From the NCBI GenBank assembly GCA_034399535.1, contig DASCSS010000025.1, forward strand, positions 1 through 55,849: a DNA stretch of 55,849 nt, written 5' to 3'. This document shows positions 27,724 through 37,513 of this stretch, piece by piece. Within the stretch, counting starts at the first letter, position 1; every line of letters starts with the position of its first letter. A program made the translations under genes and the position numbers. The notes below the pieces were generated by a model. It was given only the letters and a program-made list of their open reading frames with translations, ran no database searches and was not told where the DNA came from. The DNA is from Candidatus Thalassarchaeaceae archaeon (GTDB lineage Archaea > Thermoplasmatota > Poseidoniia > Poseidoniales > Thalassarchaeaceae).

Positions 27724-28739
27724 TTCCCAAGGTAGCTGGCTGGAAGAAGGACAAGGTCACTGAACTCACGGAGATTTTCAGCGGCGATGGCGTAGTAGCT
27801 GTCGTGGATGTTTCAGGAGTTCCTGCAAGCAATATGATCGACATGAGGAACACGCTCCGTGATAGGATGTCCATCACGATGGCAAAGAAGTCACTCATGA
27901 GGATTGCATGGACCGCGGCAGGGAGATCCTTGGATGAGCTGGAAAATATCCTGGAAGGAGCATCGCAGCCCTGTGTGGTTCACAGCGAATCAATGAATGC
28001 TTTCGAAATATTCGGCGAGTTGGAGAAGACCCGCCAAGGGCGACCAGCAAAGGCCGGGGAAAGATTCCCCGAGAAGATCACCATTCCAGCTGGTCCTACT
28101 GAGTTCGGACCTGGCCCGATTGTTGGTGAGTTCAACGCCGTTGGAATTCCTGCGAAAATAGACAAGGGAAAGGTAGCAATCCAAAGAGATACAACATTCG
28201 AACAGGGTGATGAGATTTCAGCCGATTTGGGAATTATGCTAGCAAAGCTTGGAATCAATCCAATTGAAATTGGGCTAATTCTATCTGGCGCGATAGAAGA
28301 AGGACACATCTTCTCATCTTCTGAACTAGATTTGGATACGGAGGGACTTCGAAATGATCTCATATTGGCAACATCTGGTTCATTCAATCTAGCTTGCAAT
28401 GTAGGGTGGTTCTCTGTTGTTACTACGCCGACTTTGATTTCAAAGGCGTCTGGAGAGGCGCTTTCTGTGGCACTAGAAGCGGGAATTGTGAATGATGTCA
28501 CGGCTTCATTCATACTTTCTAACGCACGTTCTCGTGCTCTGTCCTTAGCAGGACAATTGGATTCCTCTGCTCTAGACGAAGAGCTGCTTACCGTTTTGGG
28601 GGCCGCATCGTCTACACAGAGCAATGAAACCGCTTCCTCCGAGGCGGCTCAGGAAGAGGTCGTAGAGACCGCTTCCGAGGAAGAATCGGAGGAAGAGGAG
28701 GATGCTGGGTTCGAAGGACTCGGTGATCTCTTCGGTTGA
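27720..28739 (+). CDS. rpl10: 50S ribosomal protein uL10 (P0)
   Basis: [30 protein letters not shown], acidic tail ending GLGDLFG; overlaps rpl1 by 4 nt. Confidence 0.96.
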   Translation: MIPKVAGWKKDKVTELTEIFSGDGVVAVVDVSGVPASNMIDMRNTLRDRMSITMAKKSLMRIAWTAAGRSLDELENILEGASQPCVVHSESMNAFEIFGELEKTRQGRPAKAGERFPEKITIPAGPTEFGPGPIVGEFNAVGIPAKIDKGKVAIQRDTTFEQGDEISADLGIMLAKLGINPIEIGLILSGAIEEGHIFSSSELDLDTEGLRNDLILATSGSFNLACNVGWFSVVTTPTLISKASGEALSVALEAGIVNDVTASFILSNARSRALSLAGQLDSSALDEELLTVLGAASSTQSNETASSEAAQEEVVETASEEESEEEEDAGFEGLGDLFG

Positions 28740-28755
28740 GAAAAAGGTGAAAAAA

Positions 28756-29070
28756 ATGGAATATGTATATGCTGCAATGTTGTTGCATTCTGCAGGAAAG
28801 GGCATCGATGACAAGGCGGTCAGCTCAGTGTTGACAGCCGCTGGAGTCGAGGCTGACGGGGGCCGAGTTAAGGCTCTCGTCGCCTCGTTGGGCTCCGTGG
28901 ATATCGATGAGGCCATGGCGACCGCGGTTGCCGCCCCAGTGGCCTCGGCTGCTCCTTCTGCGGCTTCCGGCGGAGCGCCCACAGAGGCTGCTGCTGCTGA
29001 GGAAGAAGCTGCTGAAGAGCCCGAGGAAGAAGCGGGTGGCTTCGAGGGTCTTGGCTCTCTGTTCGGCTGA
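28756..29070 (+). CDS. rpl12: 50S ribosomal stalk protein P1/L12
   Basis: [14 protein letters not shown]...Ala-rich hinge...EGLGSLFG; AGGTGA SD. Confidence 0.97.
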   Translation: MEYVYAAMLLHSAGKGIDDKAVSSVLTAAGVEADGGRVKALVASLGSVDIDEAMATAVAAPVASAAPSAASGGAPTEAAAAEEEAAEEPEEEAGGFEGLGSLFG

Positions 29071-29103
29071 AGCAACGATTGGAAAAAATTACGCGAAGCC
29101 GCT

Positions 29104-29610
29104 ATGGGCGAGGGCCTAGAGGATGTCCTGATGCCAATGGAGCGGACGCTGGAGATTCCAGTTAGCATTGTGCCTACTGAGGCAATTAGAGCGATGCGTA
29201 TAATTGGCGAGAAGCACGGTTGGAAGATGCGGCGCTTGGAAGAGACCACAATGGTCCATAGATGGGCAGTAATTGTCCCTCTGGCAAAGAGGGCTAGAGT
29301 CCTTGGATTGGTAGTCGAAAAGGGAGAGGCAGAGGGCCTAGCACTTCGTTCATGGAGTCATGTTCCCGGTTCTGCGGGAAGAATCTCATTCATCTCATTC
29401 AAAATTCCGGAGTGGTTTGATGGAAATGAGTGGCGGCTCTTCCTGGAAGAGTGGTCGACGCTTCTCCCGAGGTGCCCGTGGAAGTGGAGTTTCATGGAGC
29501 GTTCGATAATTGGTTACCTGCTTCCGGAGTTCAGACGATCAAGAAAGGCATTTTCTAGAGAGGGGATTGACGCAAACAGCTGGAAGATGTCTTCAGAAGA
29601 GTCAGAATAA
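29104..29610 (+). CDS. Hypothetical protein (Trp/Arg-rich)
   Basis: 168-aa ORF filling the gap after rpl12; no recognised motif. Confidence 0.7.
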   Translation: MGEGLEDVLMPMERTLEIPVSIVPTEAIRAMRIIGEKHGWKMRRLEETTMVHRWAVIVPLAKRARVLGLVVEKGEAEGLALRSWSHVPGSAGRISFISFKIPEWFDGNEWRLFLEEWSTLLPRCPWKWSFMERSIIGYLLPEFRRSRKAFSREGIDANSWKMSSEESE

Positions 29611-29672
29611 ATTCCTAAGCATGCTAGTAGGAGAGGAATTGATAGGTAGGCCAGAGGTCGACACAAACGAGC

Positions 29673-30356
29673 ATGGACTTCCAAGACCTTGTGGATTCTC
29701 CACACAAAATCAAGACTCTGGCAGGAACCGTGGCCTTCCTGATTGCCTTTCCGATATATTTCGCTGCAATGCCCGCCCTCGTGGATGACGAGATAGTTGG
29801 AGGTGGATCTTCCGGCTTGAGTGGCTCACTACTTGTAACATTCCAAGAGAATGAGATTAGCATGGAGGAATCCGTAGTCCTAGGTGATGGCGAGTCGCAT
29901 GACACATTCTTCGACGTGATTGCAGAAGAGGACGTCAACAGAATGATCGGATATGTCGAGCTTCAAGTTTCCTGCTTAGACAATGACGACCCTGGTCCAG
30001 GGTTCACCGATAGTGTCGACGGAACCAGTGACTTGAGTGACTTGGAAGGAATAGAAGATCAGTCTGCGGAAGGCCAATGCTCCGGTGGCGGTGGTGGAGG
30101 GAGCAGCGGATTCACAATAAGATGGGATGTAACTCAAAACTACACTGGAACGGAGTACATAGAAGAAGAAGAGAACGAGGGTGAGATTAGAGAAAGATGG
30201 AACGATGGTGGGAAGGGAAGGGGGACTTGGGCGGCCACCATCACGGCAACAATTGAGGCGGCTCCGATTGCAGGTGGGATAATCGACAATGACGAAGATT
30301 TTGACATTACATGGACCGCGGTTACTTATTCCCTGATTATTGAGGAAGCCGAATAG
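29673..30356 (+). CDS. Hypothetical membrane-anchored acidic extracellular protein
   Basis: N-terminal TM (LAGTVAFLIAFPIYFAAM), very acidic beta-rich body, two Cys, Gly linker. Confidence 0.75.
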   Translation: MDFQDLVDSPHKIKTLAGTVAFLIAFPIYFAAMPALVDDEIVGGGSSGLSGSLLVTFQENEISMEESVVLGDGESHDTFFDVIAEEDVNRMIGYVELQVSCLDNDDPGPGFTDSVDGTSDLSDLEGIEDQSAEGQCSGGGGGGSSGFTIRWDVTQNYTGTEYIEEEENEGEIRERWNDGGKGRGTWAATITATIEAAPIAGGIIDNDEDFDITWTAVTYSLIIEEAE

Positions 30357-30361
30357 GGCTG

Positions 30362-31645
30362 CTAAGTCCTGGACTGAATGCTTACTACGTCTCCATCGAC
30401 AAGTTCGTGTTCGGCCCCAATTACCCTGCCAGATTTTGCATCGATTGCCCGGATGAACCCTTCACCCAGATCTGAGTGGACGGCAAAGGCCAGTCCCTTC
30501 GCTGTGGTTCCGGTTGGAACGAGGATTGCATCGGGAAGTTGGTTTCCATCTCCGTCAACCCAATGCGTGTCGTCTTGAACGGGATATGCGACAATCCTTG
30601 AGAGTTGCTGGAAGACAACAGCGCTTAGCAGTCCGACTAAGCCACCTCCCTCCCAAGAAGTAATGGATTCGGAAATTGATTCCAGAGCAGCCTTCTGAAG
30701 TCCGGAGAGGGTTTCTTCACCGTGCTTAGTTACCTCAAAAGAAGAGTCCCCGGGGCGATAAGAAATCATTCCAGAAGATGCTGCTCGACGTAACGCTAGT
30801 TCGGCCTCTGCGCTAGTCAGTACTAGCCTGCCTCCCTGTTTCTTTACTTGCAATGCCAATTCAGTTACGGGTTTTTCACTGTTGTCGGCTTTGTTTCCAG
30901 CTACAGAAATCGGGAATAATGACTTCCTGATTTCCGTGGCTAGGGTTGACATTTCTTCGGCACCCCACGAAATCGAATCTGTCGAAGATGGGTGTTCCCT
31001 ACTGACAGCAGAAAGTCCAGCTGAAACATGGATTTCGCTCGCACCCACTCCGGTTAGCCTCCCAACCAAGTGTTCCCTAATCGCCCGCTCGCCCTCTGCC
31101 TGTGCCCTTCTTGATGCTCTTTCCCAGCCTGTGTTGATGATTCCAAGCAACCAAGAATCTAGCTCATTAAGGAGGAATATGTGTTCTTCGATTGGCTCTG
31201 AGCCATCGGAACCAACGGGATTTCCCTCGATATCTGTCGACCCCGAAACATCCACTACCTGAATTAGGGCATCGCATCGAGCGAGATCAGATAGGAACTG
31301 GTTTCCCCGGCCCCTACCCTCATGGGCTCCAGGAACCAGACCAGCTACGTCGACCAAGGTAATTGGAACTAGTCTTGTGTGGCACCTGCAAGATCCGGAG
31401 TTGGGAGAGCAAATGCTCCCTTCCCTGTCATCGTCGATCCCCGAGGGAGAGAGTCTGCCAGCCTTCTCCCTACGTATTCTGAGCTCTTTGCATGCACAGG
31501 ATTCTGGAAGTGGCAGCCATGTAACCCCAACGTTGGGTTCTATGGTCGTGAATGGGTAGTTTGCTATCTCCACCAGCATCTCTGTCAAGGCAGAGAATGC
31601 AGTAGACTTGCCAACGTTGGGTTTCCCTACTAGTCCAATCCGCAT
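30362..31645 (-). CDS. ychF: YchF/Obg-family translation-associated NTPase with TGS domain
   Basis: GKPNVGKST, NYPFTTIEPN, DVAGLVPGA..GRG.GN.FL, NKAD, C-terminal TGS (GTTAKGLAFAVHSDLG). Confidence 0.93.
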   Translation of the reverse strand: MRIGLVGKPNVGKSTAFSALTEMLVEIANYPFTTIEPNVGVTWLPLPESCACKELRIRREKAGRLSPSGIDDDREGSICSPNSGSCRCHTRLVPITLVDVAGLVPGAHEGRGRGNQFLSDLARCDALIQVVDVSGSTDIEGNPVGSDGSEPIEEHIFLLNELDSWLLGIINTGWERASRRAQAEGERAIREHLVGRLTGVGASEIHVSAGLSAVSREHPSSTDSISWGAEEMSTLATEIRKSLFPISVAGNKADNSEKPVTELALQVKKQGGRLVLTSAEAELALRRAASSGMISYRPGDSSFEVTKHGEETLSGLQKAALESISESITSWEGGGLVGLLSAVVFQQLSRIVAYPVQDDTHWVDGDGNQLPDAILVPTGTTAKGLAFAVHSDLGEGFIRAIDAKSGRVIGAEHELVDGDVVSIQSRT

Positions 31646-31695
31646 GGTACCACACAAGTGAAGGGGTCGATGTCAATGGAAAATGTGGTCGCCTA

Positions 31696-33360
31696 TCACA
31701 GTTCGGTAGGACTTCCAGGAGCTTCAGAGTTGGATTCGGGCACAACAACAGTGTCTAGCTTGCCCTCTCTTTGAGCGAGGATTTTCCTTACTGTTGTCTC
31801 CTTTGTAAGCTTGAAAGGAGTGGAGATTGAAGTGGAGGTTTGAGTGGGTGTTTCACCTACCAGTGCCCCTCTGAAAGAGCCGCTAATCATATTCAGGCAA
31901 TGGAGAATTGAGCCGATTACAGAGCCATAGAAAAGAACAGAGCCTAAGACCTGCAGGCGATTGGCGATCGACGACGGCTCGTCTACTGCTGCTTCAGCGA
32001 GAGACATGCTTGCAAAATCTGACATCATTGTTATTGCTAGTCCGGAAAGAGCACCTCCTGCAAATAGCCAGAATGCCCATCTCGAACGGCTCGATGAGAG
32101 CACGTTTCTTCCCGAAGTCTCAGGGAATATGGACAATGCCGAGCCTAGAGCGAAGGGAACGCCAATCAACCATATTCCCATCAAATGCAAAGTGGTCGAA
32201 ATCCCTGAAAGTTCATTGGTGCCATTGAGATAGTCTGTCTGAACGAATAGCCCACCTATTGCAAGGGGTATTGCCATTATTGCTCCGAGGTTGATCTCTG
32301 GCATCCCGGGAGAATCGGGGTTCTCCATAAAAACATCATCTCCCCGCATTGTGGCCAAAACGTTGGCTGAAAGTGCGATAATCGGGATTGTTGAGAGTGC
32401 CAGAAGGAAGGATCCAGCAATGATGTCGTTTCTAGACGGCTCGAAAGGGTCCGGACTCATGCCGAGGAAATCTGCTGCTATGTCTCCTTGGACAAATCCA
32501 CCCGGATTGAGCGTGAGTATTGCTCCCATCATTGCCACGGCAGCAAGTGAACGAGACCAAAGAGGATTGCCCGTTCCCCTTGAAGCAGCATAGAGGACGA
32601 CGCCCGCGGGGAACAAGAAGAAGAAGCCCCCCATTGACATTCGGACTGCAAGCCACTGTCCGGTTCCAGAGTCAAGAGTGCCTGACAGGCACAGCACGAC
32701 TATGCAGAGTGGAGCAGAAATCAGTCCGATGACAATCATCCAAGCCGGAAGGGCCATCTTCTTGGTTCGGGATGCTGCAGTGAGCAGCAAATTGACTATC
32801 ACTGCAATTCCGGAAAGTGTGAGCAATGCGACCGCAACAGGCATTACCTTGACCCCGAAAATTTCGGGATTGTTCGAACCAATGAATAGAATAAATACTG
32901 AAAGTGTCCATAAGAAAGACATCAGGGATGCGTTCTTTTCACTTGCTAGCGTTGTCCCTCCCAGCACGGGAACGATATGCATTCCTGCTCCGATCAGAAG
33001 CATTCCAACAGAGCCGTACCCGGCCGTTAGGATTCCGGCTAGGATGAGCGAAGAGGATGAGGGTTTGAGCCCCCATGAAGAGAGGCTGTGGAGAGCGTTG
33101 GGATCATGTCCTAGCCAGAGGCCACAAAATGTAAGGGTCGAGGCGGGTATTAGCCAAAGTGCCCCTTGCATAATCCAAGTTGTTGCTCCTGAACCCTTCC
33201 TGCCCTCGGCAAAATCAATTGCTGGACCGAGCGCCTTCTCGAGCATGAACATACTCATGCTCTTGCTAACATCGGTGAAAACCCAAATGCCACGGTTCAG
33301 CATTACGAATAACAGTAACATGGAAAACCAGTAAATTATCATTGTAGAAATTAATCCCAT
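31696..33360 (-). CDS. Polytopic membrane protein with a cbb3/heme-copper oxidase subunit I-like fold, lacking canonical His ligands
   Basis: About 13 TM segments; three pseudo-repeats of the CcoN loop: HIVPVLGGTTLASEK, YAASRGTGNPLWSRSL, SIFPETSGRNVLSSSRSRWAFWL. Confidence 0.6.
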   Translation of the reverse strand: MGLISTMIIYWFSMLLLFVMLNRGIWVFTDVSKSMSMFMLEKALGPAIDFAEGRKGSGATTWIMQGALWLIPASTLTFCGLWLGHDPNALHSLSSWGLKPSSSSLILAGILTAGYGSVGMLLIGAGMHIVPVLGGTTLASEKNASLMSFLWTLSVFILFIGSNNPEIFGVKVMPVAVALLTLSGIAVIVNLLLTAASRTKKMALPAWMIVIGLISAPLCIVVLCLSGTLDSGTGQWLAVRMSMGGFFFLFPAGVVLYAASRGTGNPLWSRSLAAVAMMGAILTLNPGGFVQGDIAADFLGMSPDPFEPSRNDIIAGSFLLALSTIPIIALSANVLATMRGDDVFMENPDSPGMPEINLGAIMAIPLAIGGLFVQTDYLNGTNELSGISTTLHLMGIWLIGVPFALGSALSIFPETSGRNVLSSSRSRWAFWLFAGGALSGLAITMMSDFASMSLAEAAVDEPSSIANRLQVLGSVLFYGSVIGSILHCLNMISGSFRGALVGETPTQTSTSISTPFKLTKETTVRKILAQREGKLDTVVVPESNSEAPGSPTEL

Positions 33361-33369
33361 CTATTCACC

Positions 33370-33648
33370 TCATTCACTAGTTGCCTCTGTTAGCAGGGTT
33401 CCCAAAATTGCAAACACCCCAACCATAATCCCGAGAATGAAGAACCAAATCCCTGAGTCGAAGACTCCCTCAAAAACTGGAAGGAAAGAAGAGATTACGG
33501 GAAGATCGCTGTTTGGATAGAGAATGTTGTACAATACCAAGAATATCAAGGTCGAGACGAATCCTATAACTAGCATTATCCAAGAAGATTGGGGTTCGCT
33601 CTCGCCTTGCAGGAACTCGCCGATTAGCGTACCGTCTCCTTCAGCCAT
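33370..33648 (-). CDS. Small two-TM membrane protein
   Basis: Two hydrophobic segments. Its stop overlaps the GAGGTGA SD of the oxidase-fold gene. Start set to MAEGDG. Confidence 0.8.
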   Translation of the reverse strand: MAEGDGTLIGEFLQGESEPQSSWIMLVIGFVSTLIFLVLYNILYPNSDLPVISSFLPVFEGVFDSGIWFFILGIMVGVFAILGTLLTEATSE

Positions 33649-33735
33649 TATTTCGCCCCGGACTCTCACAGATTATTGCTCCTACCACCAGAGATTCGCC
33701 CTTAAGCATTGGGCGAGGAAGGAGTGAGGAGGGCA

Positions 33736-34869
33736 TCAAGGTGCACGAACCAAGTCAATGGGATCGCCTCTCCTGAATGACCCAGAACCCAGTGGCGTTG
33801 GTAATGCCATATCGTTTTCAATCTCGGCCTTCCAATTCTCTTTGCATCTACAATCCAAATTTGAAAAATCCCCAATATCCCCAGAAACGGAATATCGCTC
33901 AATTGCAGCTACTACTTCCTGATCACACCCCCCACAATTGTGGGCACCTCTCAATTTCCCACCGGCTGTCGGGTGTACTATAATTCTCGAATCCATGCCT
34001 GAAATTTCGGAATGCGCACGGGTAATCATCTCAACCAATGACCAAAGCCATGGTGGTCTGTACTCTTTGTTCCTGAAAAGTCGATCTACAACTGTACTCT
34101 TCTGAATGTTCATTGGATTAACTGAAACCTCATCAGAGTGAGGTGCAACTTCAATCAACCATGAGGTCGTATGCTCAAGAGCATCCGCCTCTGACATAAA
34201 TGGGGGTTTGAATAGTAGGTAAGTCTTGACTCGCAGGCCGTTTTTCTTTAGCATGACTATTGCCTTGTGCCACTGCTTTGTAGTGAATCCCTTGTTTACG
34301 TGGAACCGCAGAACCTTGTCATCATATGCTTCGAGCCCTATTGCAACGGTGCACCCGGGATGATGGCTGGCCACCCATGCGATTTTTTCCGGGGTACACA
34401 TCTGGGCCTGCGCCTCGATAATCAAATGTAATCCCATTTCAGCCGTCTCTGAGAGAACAGCCTGCTGCCATTCGGGAGGATTCTCCCTGTCCTCGAAGAA
34501 AGTCCCAGAAGTGTATACCTTGACCATGTCACACCCCTCGAATTGGTTGGTTGAATCCTTGGCGTGCGCCCACTGGGAGAACATGTCATCGGCGGTCACA
34601 TCATCCCTGACGTCATTGAAGTACCCACAAAAGGTGCATCCGGATTTCCACCACCAGGCGCATCCCTTCGATCTGAGTATTACAGTGACAGCAGTGCATG
34701 GTCTGCCGTCGGGGAGGTTTTCGGGAGTCTTGTAGACGGTCACTGGTTTGCTCGCATCCCAAGACTCTCTGAACGAAATGGACCTAGGGGTGTTTTCAGG
34801 GGCCTTGATCAGATGGTGGATCTTCACTGCCTTGGACCCATCTCCCAGTATGCCGCAGGAGTTGGCCAT
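33736..34869 (-). CDS. Archaeosine biosynthesis radical SAM protein RaSEA (TIGR01210-like)
   Basis: VILRSKGCAWWWKSGCTFCGY (extended radical SAM Cys motif), KVYTSGTF, NKGFT, KTYLLFKPPF, YRPPWLWS, GAHNCGGCD. Confidence 0.93.
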   Translation of the reverse strand: MANSCGILGDGSKAVKIHHLIKAPENTPRSISFRESWDASKPVTVYKTPENLPDGRPCTAVTVILRSKGCAWWWKSGCTFCGYFNDVRDDVTADDMFSQWAHAKDSTNQFEGCDMVKVYTSGTFFEDRENPPEWQQAVLSETAEMGLHLIIEAQAQMCTPEKIAWVASHHPGCTVAIGLEAYDDKVLRFHVNKGFTTKQWHKAIVMLKKNGLRVKTYLLFKPPFMSEADALEHTTSWLIEVAPHSDEVSVNPMNIQKSTVVDRLFRNKEYRPPWLWSLVEMITRAHSEISGMDSRIIVHPTAGGKLRGAHNCGGCDQEVVAAIERYSVSGDIGDFSNLDCRCKENWKAEIENDMALPTPLGSGSFRRGDPIDLVRAP

Positions 34870-34962
34870 GACACGCGTTTGGCCCTTTACACTTGATATT
34901 GACGTGCTATCCTCACGACTACAACACTAGATGTGGTAGGATACACTAAACCATTCTGACAC

Positions 34963-36795
34963 ATGCGGAGGTCGAGTAGCATGGGCTTTGGAACAATAGA
35001 TGGAATGGGTGCTGAGTCTAACAAGGCACTGAGGAGTTGGTACTGGTACGACTGGGCAAACCAGGCATTCGCCCTGACCGTAATCACAGTGCTGGTTCCT
35101 CAGCTTCTATCTAGCTTGTTCGAATTGTCTACCGGTGGTGGAGCTGAGATGGGGAACTTGAAGATTACAGGGGATACCTTCTATGCAATTGTCCTAGGTT
35201 CAGCAAGCCTGTTCGTGGCCATTGTAAGCCCGGTACTTGGGGCAATTGCCGACAGAATGCCAATCAAGAAGAAGATTCTCTGGGTGTACACCATAGTTGG
35301 CGTAATATTCACAGCAATGATGGGGATTTCACCACACCTTGAAGCGGGATCAGCCTACAGATTCCTTGCATTCTGCTTGGTAATCGGGAACATCGGCTTC
35401 GCAGGAGGGAACGTGATTTACTACGCATTCATGCCTTATCTTGCCGACCGAAGTTCGATGGATCACGTTTCCAGTTGGGGATATGCATACGGCTTTGCAG
35501 GTGGTTCGACTATTCTGATTGTTCACCTCTTGGTAGGGGAGACTGGTTTCTTCGGGGTAACTGAAGCATGGAGTCCATGGGTCTTGAGCTTCGTCTTCGT
35601 GACTAGTGCAATGTGGTGGTTAGGGTTCGGAATGCACTTATTTAGGAATACACCAGAGCCCCAGATTCCAAATCCGAAAGAATACGGTTCTGTTATGGAA
35701 GCACTTAGGGACGGAGTTAAGGAAGTGAAGAAGACATTCGGTGAGATTAGGAAGTTCAAGGTGCTCGCCATTTACCTTGCATCATACCTATTGTTCTTCG
35801 ATGGCATCAACACAATAGGAGGAATGGCCTCTGCTTTCGGAGACTCCGTACTGAGGTTGAATCCGACGATGAACTTCGTCCTTCTACTAATGGTGAACAT
35901 TACCGCGGTGCCTATGAGCGTAGTAGGGGGAAAGCTTGCAAATAGGTACGGGACGAAGCGGGTTCTCGGATGGGCCCTAGCGGTTTACGCCGTAGTTGCC
36001 ATACTAGCAGTTGGATTCGCCCCCCTGGAGCTTGAAGACGACCACGAACGATACGACTTCCAGTACGACTTCAATGACGAGATTGGGGAGGGGGGGGAAT
36101 ACGAGTTGACGACCCTCTACGATAAGGGAGTCAAGGGCTGGGTCAGCAAGGCTGGCTTGGGAGATCTAGCATTCCGAGAGTCTTTCTTTGAATACATGTT
36201 TGAAACCCTGCCGGACGATAGTGAGAACAGCAGATGGACCGATGATGACGTGGTACTAAATTCCATCACTGGCGACCAGGCTGGGGGAATCATAGAAGAG
36301 ATGGGGGTGATGAGCGATCACAGATTCTCTTTCTCCTTCAAGGGAGGAGGACAGGACGGCAGCAGATCCGTGGGGGACGAGCATCCGACTATCATTGAAG
36401 GAGAACTCGCAGACTGGTGGCCAAATCTATTGAGGAACAATCTCTGGGAACCCCTGAACTTCGGAGTCAGCCTTCAATGGATAATGCTCGGAATGATGGT
36501 CGGGGTTGTCATGGGAACAGCGGGGGCCCAGGCTAGGAGCTTGTTCACGATGCTTACCCCCGCATCGAGAACAACTGAGTTCTTCGGTTTCTTTGGTTTC
36601 ATAGGCAAGGCAGCTGCGGTTATTGGACCCATCATCTATGCGATTAGCGCTGCCACTATGGGAAGCAGGATGGCAGTGGCCAGCGTAGTAGTAGTGATTC
36701 TCATCGGTTGGTCTCTATTTATTTTCATCGACGTTGAAGAAGGAATCAGAGTAGCAAGGCAAGAGGATATCGAGGCAGGACTACTGTCGGAATAG
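34963..36795 (+). CDS. MFS transporter, Atg22/UMF1-like, with a large soluble insertion
   Basis: SWYWYDWANQAF, SPVLGAIAD, YYAFMP, SSWGYAYG, FFDGINT, ARSLF...EFFGFF...GK.AAVIGP. Start may be 34981 or 35005. Confidence 0.9.
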   Translation: MRRSSSMGFGTIDGMGAESNKALRSWYWYDWANQAFALTVITVLVPQLLSSLFELSTGGGAEMGNLKITGDTFYAIVLGSASLFVAIVSPVLGAIADRMPIKKKILWVYTIVGVIFTAMMGISPHLEAGSAYRFLAFCLVIGNIGFAGGNVIYYAFMPYLADRSSMDHVSSWGYAYGFAGGSTILIVHLLVGETGFFGVTEAWSPWVLSFVFVTSAMWWLGFGMHLFRNTPEPQIPNPKEYGSVMEALRDGVKEVKKTFGEIRKFKVLAIYLASYLLFFDGINTIGGMASAFGDSVLRLNPTMNFVLLLMVNITAVPMSVVGGKLANRYGTKRVLGWALAVYAVVAILAVGFAPLELEDDHERYDFQYDFNDEIGEGGEYELTTLYDKGVKGWVSKAGLGDLAFRESFFEYMFETLPDDSENSRWTDDDVVLNSITGDQAGGIIEEMGVMSDHRFSFSFKGGGQDGSRSVGDEHPTIIEGELADWWPNLLRNNLWEPLNFGVSLQWIMLGMMVGVVMGTAGAQARSLFTMLTPASRTTEFFGFFGFIGKAAAVIGPIIYAISAATMGSRMAVASVVVVILIGWSLFIFIDVEEGIRVARQEDIEAGLLSE

Positions 36796-36807
36796 AGGTG
36801 AGAAGAG

Positions 36808-37509
36808 ATGAATTTTTCATTGATCCAGCACATGTTGACGATTCCTGTGGCTATTTTTTCGGCTATAGTCTGGGGGATAGCTGCTGTGCCCTCTTACCTA
36901 CTTTTTATGGAGATATCAGAATGGTGTAGAACACAGAGTTTCTGGATTGAGGTCTTCGGAATTTGTGTGGGTTTGGGTATTGGATATTTGTTGTGGGGAT
37001 TGTCATTACTTCTCATATGCGGTATCTTAGGAGGCCTATTGCGTCCCCCTTTGAAGGAAGGCCGCTACCCCCTAAATAGCTGGGTTACAATTGGCTGGGC
37101 ATGGTCGTTGGTCTTCCACAAGGTTGCGCAGATGTTTATCAAAAATATAATGCCATCACTACAGATTAACATCTACTACAAACTAATGGGCGCGAAGATC
37201 GGGAACGGCGTTCAAATTCTCACAGATTCGTTAAATGACGCCCATATGGTGACTCTGGGCGATGGTGTGGTAGTTGGTGGTCATGCAACAATAAACGGTC
37301 ACCTGGTCGAGAGGGGCGAGATTGTATTGGCCCCGGTCAAGGTGGGGAATAATGCAGTGATAGGTGGTGGGAGCATTGTTCAACCTGGTTGCACTATCGG
37401 AGAAGGGGCGGTTGTAGCTTCAAGGGCGGTCGTTCCAAAGTGGACAACCATCCCTGCAGGCGAAGCGTGGGGCGGGATTCCTGCGAGGTTCATCAAGAAG
37501 GTCGATTGA
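36808..37509 (+). CDS. Membrane-bound left-handed beta-helix (hexapeptide) acyltransferase-like protein
   Basis: Two N-terminal TMs, then KLMGAKIGNGV, VTLGDGVVVG, VKVGNNAVIG, CTIGEGAVVA, WGGIPARF; GAGGTGA SD. Confidence 0.85.
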   Translation: MNFSLIQHMLTIPVAIFSAIVWGIAAVPSYLLFMEISEWCRTQSFWIEVFGICVGLGIGYLLWGLSLLLICGILGGLLRPPLKEGRYPLNSWVTIGWAWSLVFHKVAQMFIKNIMPSLQINIYYKLMGAKIGNGVQILTDSLNDAHMVTLGDGVVVGGHATINGHLVERGEIVLAPVKVGNNAVIGGGSIVQPGCTIGEGAVVASRAVVPKWTTIPAGEAWGGIPARFIKKVD

Positions 37510-37513
37510 GTCC

